NCBI RefSeq assembly: GCF_001194135.2
Contig: NC_068999.1
Span: 47,622,020-47,686,019 of the forward strand
DNA from: Octopus bimaculoides
Taxonomy: Eukaryota
Length of the DNA: 64,000 nucleotides
Direction: 5' to 3'
Positions 1 to 12,400 of this stretch are shown here, in pieces. Position numbers and translations under genes: made by a program. Positions within the stretch are counted from its first letter, which is position 1. The number at the start of each line of letters is the position of its first letter. Under the pieces are notes generated by a model. It was not told where the DNA came from. It searched no databases and saw only the letters and a program-made list of their open reading frames with translations.

Positions 1-223
1 TAAGCGTGGGCTGTTACACTAATCATCTATGTTAATCATGCCCTTATAAATTAGAGTGAATGAATTGTATGTGATGGGGAGCATATAACGTTTTTATTCT
101 TGTGTGAGTCATTTTAATATTGGTGAACACACACACACACACACGCACATGTTGAACCGTTAATCCCAACACATTTTTTCACTCTCAGTTTTTTTTCTTT
201 TTGTTTTTTTACCTCTCTCAATC

Positions 224-259
224 CTTTCTGATGAAGAGCGTAGGGTCGAAACGTCAAAG
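224..259 (+). ncRNA. Minimal type I hammerhead ribozyme motif (Penelope-like element associated)
   Basis: CTTT-CTGATGA-A-GAGC gtag GGTC-GAAA-C-GTC-AAAG: stem I CTTT/AAAG, GUC triplet, one mismatch in stem II. Confidence 0.55.
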
Positions 260-382
260 ACTTTTCCTTCACCTGTCTTCGTCTTGTGTTTTCTGTAAAT
301 TTGAACTATAGACACACACACACACCATAGGTACAAGACCTGAAAATTTGGGGGAGGGGTATACTCGTGTAGTGGCGCGTGT

Positions 383-460
383 GGCCGCCATCTTGAGAAG
401 TGCCATTGCGCATGTGCAAGGGATTTGCCGTTAGCGGAAGTACCCGAGCACGCATGCGTA
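383..460. promoter_or_regulatory. CpG-rich housekeeping-type promoter upstream of the USP6NL-like gene
   Basis: Local CpG enrichment. YY1-like CCGCCATCTT at 385-394, NRF1-like TGCGCATGTGCA at 407-418 and ACGCATGCGT at 450-459, ETS-like GCGGAAGT at 434-441. Confidence 0.7.
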
Positions 461-1904
461 ATGCAACAGGTGGAGAAAAAGCAATAGCGTCCGACCTCTT
501 TTCTCTCTAGCAGCGGTGGTGACAACATGTATCTCTCAGCTCTACCCCGACATGTGGTCGAAGCTTCCTTTGGTATTCTAGCGGCATGCCTGTTCAACCA
601 GGAACGAAACGGCTCTACACCAACCTAGAATAAACTATTGATCTGTTGTTACCGTTATCCCTCGTGTTGTTCTATTTCTAGATTTTAATGATTAATATAA
701 GAACTGGGGAGAGATGGCCGAGCCATCATATCTCATCCAATTCTTATACTCGATCGTGTTGGCCCCAGTGTTCAGCTGGTTTTATCGAGCCACAAAAGGA
801 TGAAAGGCAAAGTCGACCTCGGCAGAATTTGAACTCAGAATGTAAAGACCGACGAAATGTTACGTGCTAACGATTCTGACAGCTCGCCGCCTTTGAAGAG
901 GATTATAATATTAAAACACAAATTAATCACTCCTGGTATCAACCGAGCTAATAGCTATATATGAAAGAAAGAGGAGTGGGAAACAAAATGGACACACACT
1001 CACACAGGCTTTCTCAGTCTGGCATATTTTGAGCAAAGTGAAATATTTGCGGTTTATATTTTGTCAAGGACACTGCACTGTGTTTATCAAAAGAGAAAAC
1101 TGGTCCAGTTTAGTAACGCGTCAATTATTATTACATTGACTGAATGCGGCGAGCTGTCAGGATCGTTAAGCGCGCCGGGCAAAATGCTTGCTGCATGTTG
1201 TCCGTTTTTACGTTCTGAGTTTAAATTCCGCCGTCGTCGACTTTGTTTTTCATCTTCTCTGGGGTCGGTGTAATCAACTTTACTCTTCCTTCTGTCAAAA
1301 TTTGAAACCATTATTACATTGACCTGAGTTCAGACTTAAAGAAAGACTAGTGGAATCTACCCATAGGTACCCGTTGCACGAAAGCTAAGAAATTTTAATT
1401 ACATTTTCTCTCTTGTGATAAGGACAATCATTATCTTCGTGACTAATTGTGATGCTAAAAATGTTTTAGGAGACAAGCAGGAAATTTTGATTAAATATGG
1501 CTGTGTTAAGAAGTTAGCTTCCAATCACATGGTTCCGGGTACGGCCCCTCTACGTGGCACCTTGCGCAAGTGTCTCCTACTATATCCTCAGGCCGACCAA
1601 AGCCTTATGAGTGGATTCGGTACACGGAAACTGAGATAAGTTCATCTTGTTTGTTGGCGGTCTATTCGTTCGACTAAAATTGTTCAAGGTGGTACCCCAG
1701 CATGGCCGCAGTGTACTGACAAACAAAAGGTATATAAAGTTACAGCATGGGGCGACTTTGATCTTTTATTTGATAACGAATTTGGTCACACTTTGGTCTA
1801 TTCAATCACTCAATCGTGGTAGATGTACAAGTTGCTGAACACAGAGAAGTGTTATAATCTAAGGACCGGAAGAAAATATCCAAGTGCGCCTACTTCATAA
1901 AGAC

Positions 1905-2320
1905 TTAATAATATTCGCGGGCCGGCGGGGGTCCTTTGGGGTCCCCAGCAAATTTTACATTTTTTATCTAAATGATTTTATATCTCATGACAATCGTTAT
2001 ACTAAATAATTTTGTTTTATTTTATATTTAGTGCTATATGTATAACTTACAAAATTATAAAAAAATATTGATTTCTTTCAATAAAGGTTTTCTTTTTTAG
2101 TCAAATTATATTTTAAGTATCTTGCATTAAACGTTAATAATTACTAATATAAACCTATAAAGTGTTAAATTTCTTGTTCTGTAACATGTATTCACACATA
2201 TACAAGATTAAACAAATATTACTTTATGGATAGTGCGGAAATGCGCAAAAATAAAAGGGGGTCCCGAGGGACCCCAATGGCCTTTAGTGTAATTCCAGCC
2301 CCGCTGGTCCTCGAAGGGTT
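1905..2320. mobile_element. TTAA/piggyBac-type MITE with GC-rich subterminal palindromes
   Basis: Right end GGTCCTCGAAGGG|TTAA; left end TTCGCGGGCCGGCGGGG; paired GGGGTCC..GGACCCC motifs. Confidence 0.65.
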
Positions 2321-2371
2321 AATGTTAGAGCTAGCATATTTGAAGTAACTAGTCAAGAAATTTTAATTAAT

Positions 2372-2610
2372 TAACCTTTTTGATACTGACACACCTGAAA
2401 TCATCCCTAGTTCAATTGTACAAACTTTTTTTTTTTGTTTTATAGTCATCTAACTAAATTGAAACATTCCAACGAAGTTCCTTGTTAATTTATGTTCCAA
2501 GCATCACTCTTATAAAGGTCAAAATTATTTTGATAAATTCTTATTTTCAAAATTAATTGAAACAAAGCCTGTATTTCAACAGAAATTTGGTAACAAAAGG
2601 GTTTATATGC
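2372..2610. mobile_element. TTAA/piggyBac-type MITE family G (other copies about 6316-6535 and 11308-11745)
   Basis: AACCCTTTTTGATAC/TCAAC start, AAATTTGGTAACAAAAGGGTT end, shared interior. Confidence 0.7.
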
Positions 2611-3046
2611 CCTTAGCCATATGGATAATCTTTACTTAATTCTTAGTCAAAAATGCTAGGCTTGCTTCTGTGATTATTAATGTGTGTGCGCGCGCGCGTG
2701 TGCATATACTGCAATACAAGTATGTCTTGGGTTATAAATATATTTAGATACATAGATAGTCAAATGCATGTATTACACTCAGCTGTAAAATTAGCCTCAC
2801 GAGCCTTTTCAGCAGTCAGGTATAAATTACATACCAAGTAATTTCAATTCATCAAGATTTATTTCCCTTCCGTTGTAGCTGAAAGCTGCTTATTCAAAAA
2901 CTATAGACAAAACTTGACTGACACACAACATAGAACGTTGATGTCTCCGCAATAAATATTAGAATAAGCAATACAAACAAGGGTTATGAATAAATAAATA
3001 TATAATCTCATATCCATATATTCTTCGTCTCGATGTGAAAATATGA

Positions 3047-3107
<61 letters not shown>

Positions 3108-3422
3108 NNNNNNNNNNNNNNNNNNNNNNNNNNNNNNNNNNNNNNNNNNNNNNNNNNNNNNNNNNNNNNNNTCTCTCTCTCTCTCTCTCTCTCTCTCACG
3201 TATTGAATCAATACAATATTATACTCAGTGTTGTGTTAACCTCGATTATTAAAAGTATGCGGTCTGCAATTTGACAATTCTGTTGAGAAAATACACAATT
3301 GGAAATAACTGAAATTAAAAAAAAATTTTTTTTTAAATGTTTATAAATAAAATTTTCTGTTTTATTTCAGGTTGATATGGAATTTCTAACATGGTGTAAA
3401 GTTAAAGTATTTTCGTTAAAAC

Positions 3423-3426
3423 ATGT
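3423..3426 (+). CDS. USP6NL: USP6NL coding exon 1 (ATG T, within exon 3371-3426)
   Basis: Acceptor tttatttcag ends at 3370 and donor GTAAGT starts at 3427. ATG-T supplies the single base needed by the next exon (T+AT = Tyr). Confidence 0.65.
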
Positions 3427-6400
3427 GTAAGTATATATTTTCAATGATCGCTTGAATATGTAATCACCCTTTTTAGATAATATCTATAGAACTATGAAAA
3501 ATTTGAAAGTCAACCATAGTTGTTGCTCATCACCAGTACTTTGAAGACTATTTATGTCTGCTATTATGGGTTTGATAGGTCTGCTGCACAGTATATTGTT
3601 ACTCATCTTATCTTGATTCGCTCTTATGTCCTGTGTGAAGACTAACACCCTGAAGTTTCTACTTCAGACCACACCGTCAGCACATGACACTTTCATCCAT
3701 CATTCATTAATGATGCATCAGCTGATGGTTTTAATGTCAGCTGCTAAAATCTACAGTTTATTTTATTTAACATGGCACTTCCAGTAGATCAAATAAGTCT
3801 TCTTTGTTCCCAGTTTTTGCAGATCCTCCACTCAGGACTGCAGAGTTGACTCACTCTTTAATATAAAGTATTGGAATTTCTGGTTTCACACATTTTGTTT
3901 TCTGCATTAAAACCGCTCAGATCAGACGAAGGGTTTCTATGGAAGAGAATCTGTTAGAAGCAATTCTGTTTCTGAGAGCATTGATGTTAGTAAATTATGG
4001 AGATGATAAGGCAATTTAGGATTGTCTAGTTTGGAAATTTTGGTTATGTTCAAACTGGGGAACATACATCAAGCATATTCGGATTGATAATGACATTGCA
4101 ATCTCATTCTTGGTCTGCCCTTAGGTTTCCTGATGATTGGCTTGACTTGAAGACTTCTGTTTTGCAATTCTTTCCTGTGATACTTTATTCATAGTAGTGG
4201 AACTGTGATCTGTTCTGTCAGCAAGGAGAAGTAACTCAGCATTGAGACACTCCCTAATATCCAAGCTATGTACCCTGTTGAGTAAACATTACACCAGAGA
4301 GCCTTTGGAAGAACATCATTTTGGCTGTGCATGCATTCTAGGGATGTGGAATCAAGTTACTGAAGCCTTTGTCAGATTGTGTGATCCTGTCATTATTAGA
4401 ATAATTTGAGTCTTTTATACAATGAACATTATGTATTAGCATTTAGTGAGAAAATATTTTCTTGTCTAACTAAAATCTGAATTTCAGAATATAAATGAAG
4501 AATAGCTCTTTTGATTCTTTGTAATCGTGTCATCTTGGACACGCAATCTCAGATCAAGAGACTTGCCAAGCAACTATCACTTGAAAACTTTACTAACTTT
4601 TTCAGAAACATGCCTTGTTTTGACTTTTTTTTTGTTATTGGTTTTTGTTTTATTTATTTATTATCCATTTGAAACCTATTTTCCTTTATTTACTAGTGAT
4701 TCTATCTGTACCCATTGTTTAAAGTTTATTTATGATAAACTATAAATCAGGTAAAAACAGTTCAAACTGAAACTATTTACTGTCACAGAATAATTTCTGA
4801 TAGCCTACCTCCCTCTAGTGCTTGTGTATAGGAGAGGGTGATTGTTGTCTTGTTATAATAAGCTATATTGCCTATCCTCTAACCAGGTTATTCTATTTGA
4901 CATGTAACAATATCCTGCTGCTCTTCAAAATAGGTCAGCTTGTGTGGACAACTGGCTTTATACATTAGTTAGCTCCTCACCAGAATCAAATCAAAGATGA
5001 CTTCACTCATTATAACTGGATGGCCTCTCATCTTTCTATCTTTTTCTATCTTCAAATCTCACTATGTTTGTTGAAATTATTAACAACCAGAGTATAGACA
5101 CCTACCTAGCTGATGAATGTTATTTCTTTTTGACTTTGTCATGGGATCATTTTTACAGCTTTATATACAGTTAGAACATTCAGGTTAGTTGACATTATCA
5201 TATGCCTATGGTTCTTTTCATCCGGTGGCCTTACAGCAAATAGCTAAAATCCTCATCATCGTTGTTGTTGTCATCTTCAGGATTATTATTATTGTCATTA
5301 TTATTATTATTATCGTCATCATGGAGATGATAGTGTTGATAAAGATTAGTGATAATAATAAAAATCATTATTATTTATTGTGATTACTATTATCATCATC
5401 ACTGTATTATTATTATTATTATTATTATATCTTTACCATCATCATCATCATCTTCATTTTTTTTTGTATGCATGTTGTTTGTTTTCATGCCAAATTAGAT
5501 TGTTCTAATCAATGTTGATTAGTAATATATCCCATATAATTATTTAATGATGTACTTTTGTGTCTCTCTTCTGCATGTTTGTGGGGGAAACTGAAGACTG
5601 GGTGATATGCTGGTGTTTGTAAATAAAAATCTATCCTTTATTTTGGTCTGTTTTCTATTATGAACAAGTATTTTCAATAACCTGAGTACTCCTGTATAGT
5701 TCTTAGGTGGACTGGTGCCCTGGAAACATTCTTTTGTAGCTCGATTATCATTTTTTTTAACACACCCCATTTTACTATCCCCGCTCGTTTAGCTATACCC
5801 CTGCCCCACATTCTTGTAACATCCCAGTAAATGTCCCCTCCCTACTTGTGTTTATTGATATGTTATGTCTACAGCATATGACACCTCAACTATTTTTTAT
5901 CTTTATGGTTTTTAGTGACTGTCAGAATTGATTCTTGCTCCGCTCTCATATGTTTGTATATATAGCTGTTGTTTCTATATCTCAGATTTTTGTATTTTAT
6001 TTTCATAAGTGTTTTTTTTTAATTTTACCTAGGAATAAGTTGATTATTTAAATATTTGTTATACTTGGGGGTGGTCATATTTAAGGTTTAAAGGTTAATT
6101 TGATATATACCAGTTAGCAATTTTGGATTCTGACTTTCAGACTTAGTTCATTTTTTTTTTTTTTTATGCAGCAGATTGTAATTAATTAGCTAATACCCTT
6201 TTAGTTAAAATCCATTGATTAATATCCTCTTCTACCAAACTTTCACTGTATAAGTATAAAATTACTCCTATTTTTAGCAATTTAGTTATCATTGTTTTAA
6301 TTTGTATCATAGCTTAGTAACCCTTTCGATACCAACCCACCTAAGATCCCCTTTGGTTATATGATGTAAACCTGCTTCATGCTGGTCTAAGTTAAAACAT

Positions 6401-9400
6401 CCCATTAAAATTTCCTGATAATTTATATTTCAAACATCATCTCACCAATGACAAACCTATTTTACTAGATTCCTTATTTTCAAAATTAATCAAAAGGATG
6501 GGAGTGCATATGAACAGAAATTTGGTAACAAAATGATGAAATTTTTTAAAAATAAATGTTTACTTTTAAAATAATTGGGAAACATTTGAAATAACTATCA
6601 CTACCTTGTGGAAAAGAAAAAGGGTAAGAAATTGAGGAATAGAAATATAAAAATTGTAATTTGGTGGTGAGTGGGGAATTCTTTTAGAAATATAATTCCT
6701 ATTGCATGAAACACTGGAATGTAAAAAAAAAAAAAAAAGCACCCCTCCTCAATTCCTTGTCCTTTTCCTTCTTCATAAGATACTGATAGCTATTCCAAAA
6801 CTTCAAATAATTTATTGCAGTTAAATTAAAATTAAGCTGCATTTCGGTTACAAATCAATGATATTAAAAAAATTATATTATTTTAGATTTTTCCATCTAA
6901 TAATTTCATTAAGTTAGGCCATGTTTTAATGATAATGGATGTATTTATCAGAAAACAGGGATTTGATTTATTTATCTTAAATATGAAAGAAGAATTACAT
7001 CTCATTCGGTTTTGAAAATATGAAATAACAAATGTGATTGAATGCATGTAGACATAGATTTACCATATTTTCAGGCATACAAATTGAAATTTTCAGACCA
7101 AAATCTACATCCCAAAATGGTTAGGTGAATTATACACTAAGATGACTTTGGAGGACTAAAAATTCCATGTGAAATGCAACAGGATTTATAAAGACGGTGA
7201 TGATGTTTGAATGTTTGCATTGTACACTACATCAATTTATATGCTTGGAAATGCAGTAATTGGAGAATTTGGTACCTAAGCATAAAATATTGCAATCTTA
7301 GTTTATAAGAAGCAGTAATAAGCAAACTACTTTTTCTCTGGGTAAAAAATATTCTAAAAGGCAATATTGATTTGTTTCAGATAAGCTCAGTGATTATGAA
7401 GAACTACAACGAGCTGCTAAAGAAAGAGAAGAAATCTGGCAGAAATATGACAAGGTGCAGACTTTGATATCATTTCCTTTCTTTCATTGTCAAATTCTGA
7501 GGTGATTCTGGTCTTTTTAAAAAACGGTTTAGTCTTTGAGACTAATGAAGTTGATTGATAGGATTCGTGTCAATGTGGAACTTGTTTGTTTATTTATTTT
7601 TATAATTTGTATATATATATTTTATCATAAATGCAAAGCAATAGCACGGAGGAATCTACATAAGCTTGAATAATAAACCATGATATGGTGAGGGATTACT
7701 GTATTCCGACTCTTGTTTTTAGTTCAAATCCCACTGAGGTAAATCAACTTTGCTTTTCATCTTTTCAGGTTAATTAAAAATCAGATGAGTTCTAGAGTTG
7801 ATTTAACCTACTAGCATTTAAACTGGCCATATCCATCCAAAATATTCTCCCTGTTTTGTGTTCAAACTGGCCAGATCTGGCCTCTCACACCAATCCTACA
7901 ATATAATTGTAAAAATTAAGTTACCTCATCAAAATCTCAAAAGCTACAAGATAATGCATGATTAATTAAAAAACAATATGAATAAAAAAGCATTATTTTT
8001 AATAGAATAATGTGAATGTTAAAGGGTTAATTGAGACTGGTATCTCCTAGGCTTCATTAAGCAATGAGATTTTGGTTGAGAATGTTGAGTGAATGTACTT
8101 AATGTTGCTTTAACAGTAGGTGAAGGTGTTAACACCAGCAACTACAATATCTGAGTGAGGAGCAGTGACCTTCAGACATTATCAATTTTGAAATGCGCCT
8201 TACTGGCACTTGTGCCGGTGGCATGTGAAAAAACATTCAAGCGTGGTCGTTGCCAGTGCTGCTGGATCCTCTTCTTGCTGGTAAATACTGATCATCTGTG
8301 CTCTTAGCAGGGCAATGGGAGATGTTCCAAAAATATTTTGACCAGAAGGATCCAGTTCATACGTTGGAGTCAATGAGCAAAAGAAGGCAAGCATGATTTT
8401 TTTTGTGGCTAGGGATAATCGTACATTTATCTTGCTTGTTTGTGACAGAACCTGATACTTTCATTATTCTTCTGGTTGAACACCCCGGAAATTTAGATCT
8501 GTGATTAAGACAAGGACGAAATCATTTTCTTTCATCGTTCACCTATTTCCACTCCATATATAGTATGTACCTGTCTATAATCGCTAATTATGAGCTATGG
8601 AATCCTGAAGAAAAATCTCTTTTGTGTATAATATGTACTGGGTCCCCCCCCCCCCTTCGTATTATGATTTATAGGAGTGTTAGTTGGATTTATTATAATT
8701 GCTGTCTAAAGCAGATTGATAAAGTTCATGTATCCTCAAAACAAAGAGCAAGCTCAGAAGTGACCTTTGAACTTTCTCTATGTAGGCTGTAAAAGTGTAT
8801 CTATTGTAAAGTCGGCCAATATGGAGAGATAGAAAACGCATAAAGCAGAATGAAAAGACATTAATTACACTACCATTTCAATATTTCCATTCCTTTCTTT
8901 CAGTAGAAACATAAATAATGATGGGTTTTTTTTTATCATAATTACATGATATTTCAGAAACAAAAGTATTTATTTATATTCATATTTTGATAATGAGTGT
9001 CTTTATGTACTATTACCACCTTCATTATCATCCATGTTTTATGCTGGCATGGTTGGATGGTTTGACAAGACATGACCAGCTTGAAAACTGTGTTGGTTTT
9101 CCATTATCTGCTTCAGCAAGGTTTCTGTGACTGGATGTCCTCCTAACACCAGCCACATTATTGAGTTTACTGGGTGCTCTTTGTTCTTTTCTTTTGTGGC
9201 ACCAGCATTGGTGAGGTCGTCAAGTAATTCACAAGACACAGTGGATGTACAGTATTAAAGGAGATGTATTTGTGACCATACTTTTCCAGTTGTTACCCAA
9301 TGTTCATGACCACGAGTGAGGATAGGCATGAAAATCTAATGCTTAGGTTTAATAATTTGAGAAAAATAATACATGAATAACGTAAATCCTCGAGTATAAT

Positions 9401-12400
9401 CCTCACATTTTCCCCAAAATTTAAAGGTCAAAATTTCTAGTGCATACTATATACGAGGTTAAAAATGAAAAATATTTTCAAAGTGATAAATATGTGAAAG
9501 GCAATTTACTTAATATTTATTTTTCACTGACGTTATTACTGTTATTTCTTTATTTTCTGCAAACAAAGTGCACAAAAAAGCTACACGTTTGCATTATGTT
9601 ATATGTACAATAATAATAAAGGACGTTACCGTATATACGTTTACAAAACAAGGACGTTATATCGACCTCCTTGACTCAAGTTAGAGAAGTATTATAGACA
9701 AGGTTTAGGTTTTTCAGAGGTACAGCCCCCCAAAAATCCCCTGCATATTATACTCAAGGGCGGACTATACTCGAGGATTTACGGTAAATATGGAAGTAAA
9801 CTAATCTGAAATATGGAAGAGTGTATTATTCATACATGTGGGTGTGGTGAAGACAGTCCAGAGTGTTGGTTAGAGATGTAGGTGGGTGTGGTGAAGAGAG
9901 TTTGGTGTATTGGTTATCAATATAGGCGGGTGTGGTGAAGATAGTTTGTGGGGGTTGGTCAGTGATACATGTGGGTGTGGTGAAGTGGGTTGTGAATGGT
10001 AGACAGTTCGGCTTCTGGTAGGATTGATGTGGGAGGAATTTCAAAGTAAGTTATGTTTATTGATATCACCATGATTTCAGAAAGAGATGCTTTATGGTGA
10101 GAGGTGTCTTCAATAAAGACAATTGAACTTATGGTGGTGAGCTGGTAGAATGGTTAGCATGCCGGGACGAACTGCCAGGCAGTATTTTATCTGTCGTTAC
10201 ATTCTGAGTTATTCTGCTGAGGTTGACTCTGCCTTTCATCCTTTCGGGGTCGATTAAATAAGTACCAGTTACGCATTGGGGTTGATGTAATCGACTTAAT
10301 GCCTTTCTCTGTCCTTGTTTGTCCCCTCTATGTTTATCCCCCTGTGTGCAATAAAGAAATAAATAAAGATAATTAAACATTGCTGCTGTTTAAATGAGTA
10401 CAGAGAGTGATTGGTGATTTTAGAGTAATGAGTGAAAGAAAGAGAGAGAGAGACCAAGAGTTTTTGTTGGTGAAATCTTTGTGGAAGAAACAAATGGCAG
10501 ATTAAAGTGAATTCCATGTACCTGCAGACACCATTTTCAGAGTGAAGTAGGAATATTGTGGTGTAGAGAGGAGTTGGAAATAGGAGGAGAGAGAATATTA
10601 GTTGTGGTTTATATGTTGAAAAATGGAAGACTGCATTGATGGATGTTTTAGTTACGTAAGAAATGGTGGATGGAGTGAAATAGGTGGTGCCTGTGTGAAG
10701 AAGATGTAGGTGGGGAAGATGTTCCAGATAAGCTGGTGTTCTTGGAAGAAAGAACTGAAGTCTTTAGTGGAGGGATAGTGAGTAGAGCTGGTGGTTGGGG
10801 GTGGTGGTGAGTGTAGTTTGTATTCTGTGAATGGTGAGTGTAGCTTATAGTTTGAGAGTGATGAGTGCAGCTTGTATTATTTAAGAGGAATAATTATTAC
10901 AACCATAAAAGGGACAGAGGGTAAAGTTTGATTGTGTATGAGTAAGAATGTTAATGAGAGAATTTCTCCCAATCAGCATGTCTTTGTGTAGGGTTGTGTA
11001 TTGCAGTAGTAGCCATAGCATAGCAGACATGTGAATATTAGTATAATGACTTAATTAACATTACAGTAACAACATCAGCTAAAGTCATTGAAATATTTTC
11101 AGTTAAGAGCAACGTACATAAAGAAAGCAAGTAATCTTTTTTGATTTGTTTATTGTTTGAAGGTGTTGGTGTGCGAATGTGGATTGAGTTGGGTAAATCA
11201 AGTTCATTGTTATCTGATGGTTGGAATCCTTAGCATTTGGCTCTGACCAATCTACAGACAGAAAATATCTTGAAATTTGTATCCATCCATTAGACATTTC
11301 ATCAATTCAACCCTTTTTGATATCAACCTGCCTGAGACAACACCAAGTTTTACAGCATAAACTTACTGTTTTAACCCTTTAGCGTTCAGATTACTCTGTC
11401 AAATGTAATGGTTAGGTTATTTATTCATGTTTTGAATTAATCATACATTATCTGATAGCTTAAAAATTCTGATGATGTGAGTTTGTATTTTTAGGAAGAC
11501 ATTGTAGGGTAGCTGTGAAAGGCCAGATCTGGCTGTTTTGAGTATAAAACAGGTAGAAACACGTATGGCCAGTTTAAATACTAAAGGGTTGCAGCGGTCT
11601 AAATTATAATAATCTTTCATCTAAATTTTATGCTAATTTGTTCCAGACCCCATCTTAATAATGAGAAAGTCATTTTACTAAATTCTTCATTATTTAAAAA
11701 AATTAATTGAAACAAAGGCAGAAATATGGTAACAAATGGGTTAAAGCATTCTCTTTTTCCATTGTTAAAATTTCATATAACATTGCTAGCATTTGAAGTT
11801 CATAACAGAATTTAATTTATATTTTAGGGTAGAGAGGAAGGGGCTGAAATTGAACCCTGGGAAGACCCCGAATTTTCTGTGTATCACGTTACTGATCGCT
11901 ATGGTTTTATCCAGTAAGTATATAATTGTTTCACATATTTTTGTGGCTTCATTAGAATATAATTGTTGAAAAAACATTCTACAATATACAGCAGCACTAA
12001 ACTAAAATTAATTTAACGTTAGTCATATATCATAATTATAAACCTAACACCTACTTCCTGTACTTGTTTAGGAAACGTTAATTTTTGATGCTATAAGAAA
12101 AACATCGTTAATATTGAATGCTGTAGAAAAAAAAAAACATTGCTAATTTTAGATGTTATAGGAAAGAAAGAACATTGCTAATTTTGGATGTTATAGAAAA
12201 AAAGGCATTGCTAATTTTGGCTGCTATAAAAGAAAAACATTGCTAATTTTGGATACTTTCTGATGTTTTTAAGTTTCTTTTTTATGTGATATTTATGGAT
12301 ATTTTAAACTCTAAAATGTTTGGATATGTAATCACATACCTAGTGTGATTATATGTCCAATTATATTAATGTGTGTGTCTATAAACTGAACCACAAAAGA

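Noticed and set aside
160-597. 145-aa - strand ORF
   Set aside because: It runs through promoter motifs, (CA)n and a T-rich repeat, has no recognisable domain, and is best explained by locally high GC.
3600-4500. Moderately GC-richer intronic stretch, possibly an ancient LINE
   Set aside because: I could not read a convincing RT or endonuclease motif in any frame; it needs a profile search.
9840-9985. CRISPR-like repeat/spacer periodicity
   Set aside because: Eukaryotic intron, 13-bp non-palindromic core, spacers homologous to each other, and no cas genes.
10134-10230. tRNA-like A/B boxes (also in SINE families B and F)
   Set aside because: Multi-copy, diverged and fused to SINE bodies; no complete cloverleaf, so not called tRNA genes.
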